DNA from: Lentisphaerota bacterium
GTDB lineage: Bacteria > Verrucomicrobiota > Kiritimatiellia > RFP12 > UBA3636
Direction of reading: 5' to 3'
Assembly (NCBI GenBank): GCA_022837245.1
Contig: JALHHX010000001.1
Span: 1-51,451, forward strand
Length of the DNA: 51,451 nt
The notes under the pieces were generated by a model. It made no database searches. It worked only from the letters and a program-made list of their open reading frames with translations, and was not told where the DNA came from. How positions within the stretch are numbered: position 1 is the first letter of the stretch; the number at the start of each line of letters is the position of its first letter. Below are positions 45,199 to 51,451 of the stretch, piece after piece. Made by a program: the position numbers and the translations under genes.

Positions 45199-46956
45199 TC
45201 AAGTACCCGCGGATGCGCGGCGCGTCATGCGGAGCACTTCGCCCACGGTGGTGGCGCCGTCAATCGCACAACGCCAGGCATTGTGGCGCAACGCTGTGAA
45301 GCCCAGGGAGAGGGCATGCTGCACAAGCGCGGAGGTCGGCGCGCGGTCTATCACGAGGCGGCGCAGCTCTTCGTTCATGGGGAACACTTCGAAGACGGCC
45401 TGCCTCCCGCTGTAGCCGATGTAGCGGCAGTTCGGGCAGCCACGTCCCCTATGGAACAGAACTGGAGTTTCCAGATCCGGGAAAAGCGCGAGAGCCTCGG
45501 CCTCCACTGGCTGGCTCTCGAAATATGTTTCGCGGCATGTGGGGCAGATGCGGCGCAGGAGGCGCTGAGCTATCATGCCCTGAACGCTGGCGGCGACAAG
45601 GTACGGTTCGATCCCCATGTCCATCAACCGCACGACGGCTCCTGCGGCACTTTGCGTGTGGAGCGTGCTCAGGACCAGATGACCGGTAAGCGATGAGCCG
45701 ACGGCAATACCCGCCGTTTCGGAATCGCGGATTTCGCCGATGAGAATGACGTCGGGGTCGTGCCTCAAAATGGATCTCAAGCCCGACGGGAACGTGAACC
45801 CTATCTCCGGCTGCACCTGCATTTGCGTGACGCCGGCGAGGTCGTACTCCACGGGATCTTCGAGCGTGACTATCTTGCGCTCATCCGTGTTTAACCTTGC
45901 AAGCGTGGCGTAGAGGCTGGTGGTCTTGCCGCTACCGGTCGGTCCGGTGAAAAGCACGATGCCGTGCGTCAAACCGATTAGATCTTCAATTTCAGCCCGC
46001 TGCTGCTGGTCGAGGCCAAGCTCCTCGAGATCAAGGAACGTGGACTGCCTGTTGAGAATGCGCAGGCTTATGGTCTCGCCATGGCGCGCCGGCAGCACGG
46101 AGACGCGTATGTCGTACGAGTTGCCGTCGGTGACCCGGGTGAAACGTCCGTCCTGTGGCAAACGGCGCTCTGCGATGTTGAGTTGGGCCATCACCTTTAT
46201 GCTCGACACGATGGCGCGGCGGTACTGGTCGATGCCAGCCGGCAGTGTGATCGGGTACAGGATGCCGTCGATGCGGAAACGGACGCGCAGGCCGTTCTCC
46301 ACGGGCTCGACGTGTATGTCCGTGGCGTTCGCCTGGATGGCGTCGTCTATCAACTGTTCGACGAAACCCGACAACCCAGGTGACGCTTCCGCGCCTCCGT
46401 CCTGGTCGTCACCCTTGCGCTTCTGCGTGTCGATATCCAGAAAGCTTTGCAGGCCGACGCCGTAGAAGTGTTTAATGCTTTCCGAGAGCTCGTTGGGAGT
46501 GCAAAGCGTCCATTCGATCGGACAGCCTAGAAGCACGTGCAGCTGTTCCGTCTCGGCATGCGACACAATCCGGTCGCAGGCCAGCAGGATATGCTCCTTC
46601 CGAAGCTGGAGCGGCATAATGCGGCAACGGCTTACCGTGGTGGCAGGCACGCGTTCGACCGCCTCGGTTGCCACGCGTATTTCCGCAAGCGATATGGTTG
46701 GTATGCCGCTGATCGCCGAGAGCGCATCGCGCAGCTCTGCTCCCGACAATATGCCTTCGCGCAGAACCAGATCGGTGATCGGCTCGTCGAGCCAACGGGC
46801 TCGGTGGCAGAGTTCCTCTATCTTGCGCTCTGCCACTTCGTAGAGTTCCGACAATTTGGAGCAAAACGCCTTGGCGAGGGTTTCCGACGGGAATCCCAGT
46901 TTATGTCCGGCGGCTGGGTCGCGCGGGGAACTTGCGGACGGCTGCAACGGGCTCAT
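45199..46956 (-). CDS. type II secretion / type IV pilus assembly ATPase (GspE/PilB family)
   Basis: Walker A FTGPTGSGKTTSLYA. Asp box and Walker B VILIGEIRDSETA. His box LTGHLVLSTLHT. C-terminal CPTC...CPNC tetracysteine motif. N-terminal T2SSE_N-like domain. Confidence 0.9.
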   Translation of the reverse strand: MSPLQPSASSPRDPAAGHKLGFPSETLAKAFCSKLSELYEVAERKIEELCHRARWLDEPITDLVLREGILSGAELRDALSAISGIPTISLAEIRVATEAVERVPATTVSRCRIMPLQLRKEHILLACDRIVSHAETEQLHVLLGCPIEWTLCTPNELSESIKHFYGVGLQSFLDIDTQKRKGDDQDGGAEASPGLSGFVEQLIDDAIQANATDIHVEPVENGLRVRFRIDGILYPITLPAGIDQYRRAIVSSIKVMAQLNIAERRLPQDGRFTRVTDGNSYDIRVSVLPARHGETISLRILNRQSTFLDLEELGLDQQQRAEIEDLIGLTHGIVLFTGPTGSGKTTSLYATLARLNTDERKIVTLEDPVEYDLAGVTQMQVQPEIGFTFPSGLRSILRHDPDVILIGEIRDSETAGIAVGSSLTGHLVLSTLHTQSAAGAVVRLMDMGIEPYLVAASVQGMIAQRLLRRICPTCRETYFESQPVEAEALALFPDLETPVLFHRGRGCPNCRYIGYSGRQAVFEVFPMNEELRRLVIDRAPTSALVQHALSLGFTALRHNAWRCAIDGATTVGEVLRMTRRASAGT

Positions 46957-47711
46957 TCGGCGGCCTCCGTTTTCTGTTCGGTGCCGGCCGGCGGCGCGGC
47001 GGCGGAATCCGCAGGCTCCGGTGGCGCGGCAGAAACCACCTCTTCCGGCTTTGGAGGCGCGGGCTTTCGGGTTTCTGACGGCTTCGGGGGCTCGAGCGCC
47101 GGAGGTTCAGGCTCCTGCGAAACACGCAGCATTTCGAATTTACGGCCTCCTTCCCCGGTGAAAATTACGCCGTCTCTTGAAATGGAATCAAGACGCCAAC
47201 TCCCCACCGCTTCGCCTTCCATCATGCGCAGTGTTGTTTTTTCTTCTGCGTCTTCAATGAATACGATCTGCAAACCGCTTGATGTTTTCATCAGCCCGCG
47301 ATAGCGCAGCGACCCGAGTTCCTCGACCGGATCCGGCGGTGGCGGTGGCGGTGGTGGCGGTGGTGGTGGTGGCGGTGGCGGTTGATCCGGCGGCGGAGGT
47401 TCCGTAACGGGCTCCTCGGGGGGCGTCGCTGCCTCGTTCAGGCCGGGTAATGCAAAATAGAGGCTGTTCGGCGTGAACGGGCAGTCCGGAATATCGCGGA
47501 AGCTTTCCTCATCGTATGGGAATTCAAAATCGGGAACCTCTGCTGCGACAGGCGGGCGGATGGCCTTGTTGGCTTTATCGATTGGCTGGCGTTGCGCCTC
47601 CCAGAAGCCCCAGTAGGCTCCCTGCGCGAGCAGAAGCACGAGGATTGCGGCCGCAGGGGCTGACGGATGGCGGCGAAGAAATCTTTTCCATGCTGATTCT
47701 ATTATCCTCAT
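46953..47711 (-). CDS. proline-rich membrane-anchored protein (possible PilP/GspC-like component)
   Basis: N-terminal TM AAAILVLLLAQGAYWGFW. A run of 16 consecutive Pro codons (47341-47388). C-terminal small beta-rich domain LRYRGLMKTSSGLQIVFIED...WRLDSISRDGVIFTG. Confidence 0.5.
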   Translation of the reverse strand: MRIIESAWKRFLRRHPSAPAAAILVLLLAQGAYWGFWEAQRQPIDKANKAIRPPVAAEVPDFEFPYDEESFRDIPDCPFTPNSLYFALPGLNEAATPPEEPVTEPPPPDQPPPPPPPPPPPPPPPPDPVEELGSLRYRGLMKTSSGLQIVFIEDAEEKTTLRMMEGEAVGSWRLDSISRDGVIFTGEGGRKFEMLRVSQEPEPPALEPPKPSETRKPAPPKPEEVVSAAPPEPADSAAAPPAGTEQKTEAAE

Positions 47712-48685
47712 TGCGTCGCCTCCTGCACGGTCTTGTTAGTGGAGGGACTGGAGGAGTCGGCACCGTTATCTGCCTGACGTCTTGCCGACCTCGTTGAAGG
47801 CGCAGGGCCAGCCGGTGCAGGGGGCTTTATTGCAGGAGATTGTGACGGACGCTCCGGAGTCACGTCCCCTTCCCCTGGACGCTTGCGCCGTAGCGGGCGC
47901 CCTGCCGTTGCCACAAACTGGAGATTGAGCCGTTTTTCGGGGTTCGGCGAAATGTCCTTGTATATGGAAAGACTGTCCAGGGAATAGCCCATGTCGGGAT
48001 CGCCAAGCAGTGCCAGCAAAGAAAGGCATTCCTCGAAATCGGCAAGCGCGTCGATTTTCACAGGATACTCGCGCAGGCGGTCGTATTCGTCGCTTTGCAT
48101 GGATTTCATCAGGAGCGCCTGCGGCTGAATCATATAAACCTCTTGTATGCCCGAATTCATTACCTTCTCGAGGAGACGCATGGTGCCCGAGAGCTGGCCC
48201 AGGGCGGATTCGACGCGCGTGTCGGTGCTGAGCGTTTCGTTGATGCCGATATCTTCCGGGATTATGACGTTTCGCGCCTCGGCTCGCGCCATGAGACTCG
48301 TGCGCGCGTTGAAGAGCGCGATTTTGAAGTCGATGCGCCCATCCTCCTGCTGCGGCGTCGAGCCGGAGGGATCCTGCGGGTGCGCGAAGGTGTTACGCCT
48401 GTCAATCCAATAGTCCATCTGCGCCTTCAAAGCAGCTTCGCGCGTAAGCGCCTTCTCAACTTCTGCATGCAGAGCCTCGATGCCGGCGGTGCCTGACTGC
48501 TCCGCGATCTTCCCTGCCAGTGCGTCCGCGCGGTCCTCCAGCGAGCGGGTGTCGAGCCGCATCGGGAGCCAGAACGCCACCAGCAGGACCGAGCCCAAAA
48601 TAATTGCCCCCCACGTCGCGGCCGCCAGTAGCAACTCAACGGGGATCGCACTCTTGGAATCGTCGGAGTCTTGCCTACGGTTCAC
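47708..48685 (-). CDS. PilO/GspM-like inner-membrane assembly protein (tentative)
   Basis: Single TM AATWGAIILGSVLLVAFWLP followed by a coiled coil and an alpha/beta region. Position between the PilM/N-like gene and the Pro-rich gene. Confidence 0.45.
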   Translation of the reverse strand: MNRRQDSDDSKSAIPVELLLAAATWGAIILGSVLLVAFWLPMRLDTRSLEDRADALAGKIAEQSGTAGIEALHAEVEKALTREAALKAQMDYWIDRRNTFAHPQDPSGSTPQQEDGRIDFKIALFNARTSLMARAEARNVIIPEDIGINETLSTDTRVESALGQLSGTMRLLEKVMNSGIQEVYMIQPQALLMKSMQSDEYDRLREYPVKIDALADFEECLSLLALLGDPDMGYSLDSLSIYKDISPNPEKRLNLQFVATAGRPLRRKRPGEGDVTPERPSQSPAIKPPAPAGPAPSTRSARRQADNGADSSSPSTNKTVQEATQ

Positions 48686-50171
48686 GTGTGCGTACCTCCA
48701 TTACGAAGCGGTGGATGCGGGGTATGGAGCGGAAGGGCTCAGGTGTGCGGTCCGGGCCGACTCGGTCGTCACCAAGAAGATCTACGGCCACCACCTGCGG
48801 ATGCAGGCGCAGCGTCTCTATGAACGACCGCACGGATGAGAGGTCCGCGCTGGGGGTATATCCTTCCACGATAAACGCCGGCTGGTTGAAAGCGAACGGC
48901 GGTGCCGGCTCGTTTTCGGTTTTTTTCGGCGGCGCCGTCGGCGTGTTGAAATAGCTGCGTGCATCAGCCATGCAAACTATCCAGTCGTCGGGGCTCTTCG
49001 CCTCGGCGATCGCAATGAGAAGTTCGCGGGTTTTGAGCGGGCTCAGAGCCGAATCGCGCAGGGCCGCCACCTGCATATCAAGATCCGAATTCCGCGCGGC
49101 AAGCCCTTCGCGCAGTTCCAGCAGCTCGCGCCGCTCCCGAATGCGCGTCTCGGCGATGTCCAGACGCCGCCGCAAATCTCCCGAACGCCGCGACTCGCCT
49201 ATGCATAGCATAATGGCGAACGCCGCGAAGAGCAACGCCGCCGCCGCGTGGTATGGCAACATGGCTCGACGCACCACCCGCTCGCGCATGGCCGAGGGAA
49301 GAAGGCTCAGGAATGCGCCCTGCCTCCCGGGAACGCATTGCGAGAGCGCGACGGGCAACACCGCCCTGCCGCGCTCGGCTTTAGGATCCGTGCGCCATTC
49401 GGCAATGGGCACGGGATCGGCACCTATCGCCGCGGAAAGACTTTTGGCAACGCCTTCCGGCAAGGGGAAATCTCCGCACCAGACGACGGATGGCGTTTCG
49501 CCACGCACGGACTGGCCGCCGCGCCAGGCTGCCTCCAGCTCAGCCCCAAACGCGAGCAACGACGCATCCTTTCCCGATTGAGTCGACGCGCCAACGGGAA
49601 TACGCCATACTCCCGCCAGCGTGTCCCCCACGCCGCAAAGCGCCTCGATGCCAGTGCCGGAAACAGGACAAAGCACGACTAGGCGATCTGAGCGGCCCGC
49701 AAGTTTCTGCGCAGCGTAGTTGAAAAATGCGAGCGAGACCGGCACGGCGGCAATGATGTTCAAACCTGCCGCCTGCAGGGGGGACATCAGGGCGCGGACG
49801 GCGTCTAGGCGCGCCACGGCAACCAGCACCGGCTTGTTCTTGCCGCGTGCGGGCACCGGCGAAACGTCGGAAACCGTCTCGCTTCCGGACAAAGAGTACA
49901 ACCCCTCCAGATGTTCGTTCACCGCGGCCTCTCGCCCGCGGCGCGGTCCTGGCGGGATTTTAAGGAGGCTCAAATAGACGGTCTCGGCAGGAACACCCAG
50001 CACGGCGGGAACGCCCGTCAAACCCGTTTCCTCGGCATAACGGGAAATCATGCGCTGCGCCTCAATAGGATCGGACGGTAGCAACAGCCCCTCTGGGGAA
50101 GGCCTGCCCGCCTCCCCGGCACGTAGCGCACCGGCACCGTATTCTATTCCTATTGTGCGTTTGTATCGCAT
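48675..50171 (-). CDS. PilM-like (actin-fold) protein fused to a PilN-like TM/coiled-coil module (tentative)
   Basis: The N-terminal IGIEYGAGALRAGE...VLGVPAETVYLSLLKIP resembles the PilM N-terminus. A central TM LPYHAAAALLFAAFAIMLCIG followed by a coiled coil resembles PilN. Confidence 0.5.
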   Translation of the reverse strand: MRYKRTIGIEYGAGALRAGEAGRPSPEGLLLPSDPIEAQRMISRYAEETGLTGVPAVLGVPAETVYLSLLKIPPGPRRGREAAVNEHLEGLYSLSGSETVSDVSPVPARGKNKPVLVAVARLDAVRALMSPLQAAGLNIIAAVPVSLAFFNYAAQKLAGRSDRLVVLCPVSGTGIEALCGVGDTLAGVWRIPVGASTQSGKDASLLAFGAELEAAWRGGQSVRGETPSVVWCGDFPLPEGVAKSLSAAIGADPVPIAEWRTDPKAERGRAVLPVALSQCVPGRQGAFLSLLPSAMRERVVRRAMLPYHAAAALLFAAFAIMLCIGESRRSGDLRRRLDIAETRIRERRELLELREGLAARNSDLDMQVAALRDSALSPLKTRELLIAIAEAKSPDDWIVCMADARSYFNTPTAPPKKTENEPAPPFAFNQPAFIVEGYTPSADLSSVRSFIETLRLHPQVVAVDLLGDDRVGPDRTPEPFRSIPRIHRFVMEVRTREP

Positions 50172-50176
50172 TACAA

Positions 50177-51451
50177 TTACTGCGGAGCAGCACCTTCTGA
50201 AGTTGCAGTTGCACCGGCGGCTTCCGACGGGGCGGCAACTGCCTCGGGCGCTGTGCCGCCGTCAAGCACGGAAGCGATTGCGGCGGCGATGGGAACATCA
50301 GGCTTGGCAGAGGCCGCCGGGGCGGTGGGAGCAGGTTCGGCTGCGGGTGCCGAGGTGGTGGGATCCGAGGCGGGTACGCCCACATCCAATCCGGCGGTAG
50401 CGGGTGTGGGAGTCGTGGCCAAGTCGCCGTATGCGCCATAGTCCATGGTCGGGCTCATGAGCGATTCCCCGCGGTCCGAAATGACAGTCGCCGTTACGAA
50501 TATTAGCAGGTTGCGGCGCTGCTCCGTAATGCCAGTGCGGCGGAACAAATAGCCGAAAATCGGGATGTCTCCTAGGATCGGGATCTTGTGGACGGTATCC
50601 TGCTCAATGGAATCTATGAGACCGCCCATGACGACCGTGTCGCCGCTTCTGACAGTCAGCTTCGTGGCCACCTCCCGCCGAGTGAAAACGGGGAGCTTTA
50701 CTACCACCTGCCTGATTGGCAAGGTGCTTTCCTCCGATGGCTTCTCGGAATCGTCCTGGTACGACACATATCCGTCGAGGGAGCTGATCGAAGGGTTGAG
50801 CAGAAGCGTGATCTTCTCGCGGTCCGCCCCAACGCTCGGCACGGCCAGCAAAGTGATACCCAGTTCCTCTATCGAGGGAGTGCCTTTGGGGATCAGGGCG
50901 GTGACGGTGTATTTCTGGTTGTTCACGTCCACTAGGCTGAATGCCTGCGCCTGAAACTCCTCAAAGAAACGCAGATCCTGCCCGCTTCTAAGCTTGGCGG
51001 GGTTGTTGTTCATCGTGGTCACACGCGGCATCGAAAGGGTGCGGCCCTTGCCCGAGATTTGGAGGGCGTGCAGCACCGCCGTGAACATGGGATCTGTGAG
51101 AACCCCTTGGACTGTGAGGTTCAGGCCCTGGCCCGCCGTGGCGGGGCTGTCGATAAGCCCGAAGGAGCCTTGCGGCCCAAGCGGATGCGGACCGCCATCC
51201 CCCGTGGTGTAAGGCGTTGTCTTGAAGCCAGCGTTTTGCATCAGGATCTTGTCGGCCTCGGTCAACTCCCCGTCTTCTCCTTCGATCTCCTTCGAAGCGA
51301 GGCTCCACGGAGAATTCATAAGCCATTCGATCCCCAGTTCGCTCAGGTCGTCGACGACAATCTCAATAAACCTGGCCTCAATTAGAACCTGTGGCGGCGT
51401 CGTGTCAAGCGCCTCCACTATGTCCCCTATTAGCTTCAGGTTTTCGCGGCT
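50177..51451 (-). CDS. secretin (GspD/PilQ family), 5'-partial at window edge
   Basis: PQVLIEARFIEIVVDDLSELGIEW and the C-terminal GDTVVMGGLIDSIEQDTVHKIPILGDIPIFGYLFRRTGITEQRRNLLIFVTATVI are secretin signature blocks. The reading frame stays open to position 51451. Confidence 0.88.
   Translation of the reverse strand, partial: SRENLKLIGDIVEALDTTPPQVLIEARFIEIVVDDLSELGIEWLMNSPWSLASKEIEGEDGELTEADKILMQNAGFKTTPYTTGDGGPHPLGPQGSFGLIDSPATAGQGLNLTVQGVLTDPMFTAVLHALQISGKGRTLSMPRVTTMNNNPAKLRSGQDLRFFEEFQAQAFSLVDVNNQKYTVTALIPKGTPSIEELGITLLAVPSVGADREKITLLLNPSISSLDGYVSYQDDSEKPSEESTLPIRQVVVKLPVFTRREVATKLTVRSGDTVVMGGLIDSIEQDTVHKIPILGDIPIFGYLFRRTGITEQRRNLLIFVTATVISDRGESLMSPTMDYGAYGDLATTPTPATAGLDVGVPASDPTTSAPAAEPAPTAPAASAKPDVPIAAAIASVLDGGTAPEAVAAPSEAAGATATSEGAAPQ

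Overview
High-GC (about 60%) bacterial chromosomal window. The gene content loosely suggests a PVC-type lineage (Verrucomicrobia, Lentisphaerae or Kiritimatiellae), but I cannot verify the taxonomy. All domain calls come from motifs read in the translated ORFs; no searches were run.

Layout:
- (1) 773-13392, plus strand: a nine-gene, tightly overlapping operon. Six of its junctions are ATGA start/stop overlaps. It has a type III restriction-modification core (Mod 7833-9635, Res 10114-12834). Added to that core are an excisionase-type HTH, an SNF2 ATPase, two paralogous COG2865-type ATP-binding/wHTH proteins, a PIN-like protein and a GxxExxY (PD-(D/E)XK) cassette. One COG2865 paralog has a DUF4062 head and the other a Schlafen-like AlbA_2 head. 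The GxxExxY cassette is flanked by ATCTGCG heptamer arrays arranged like terminal inverted repeats. This operon is the best candidate in the window for an undescribed composite defence system.
- (2) tRNA-Lys(UUU) with its own intrinsic terminator, at 13651-13771 on the minus strand.
- (3) Housekeeping and envelope genes: map, an S8 protease, a MoxR/DUF58/transglutaminase trio, an LbH acetyltransferase, proC, araB, a type III glutamine synthetase, a Gfo/Idh/MocA oxidoreductase and an alpha/beta hydrolase. The transglutaminase is split by a frameshift at a G9 run. A membrane-anchored homolog of the Hedgehog N-terminal (Hh/DD-peptidase) domain is translationally coupled to proC.
- (4) 31846-44858, minus strand: an eleven-gene TonB2-type operon. 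Its TtpC-like gene is frameshifted and its Oar-like TonB-dependent receptor carries an in-frame TGA.
- (5) 45199 to the window end, minus strand: a secretin, PilM/N-like, PilO-like, proline-rich protein and PilB/GspE ATPase cluster.

Three disrupted genes, two of them at homopolymers, may be assembly errors rather than biology. No CRISPR array, rRNA, integrase or transposase was recognised.
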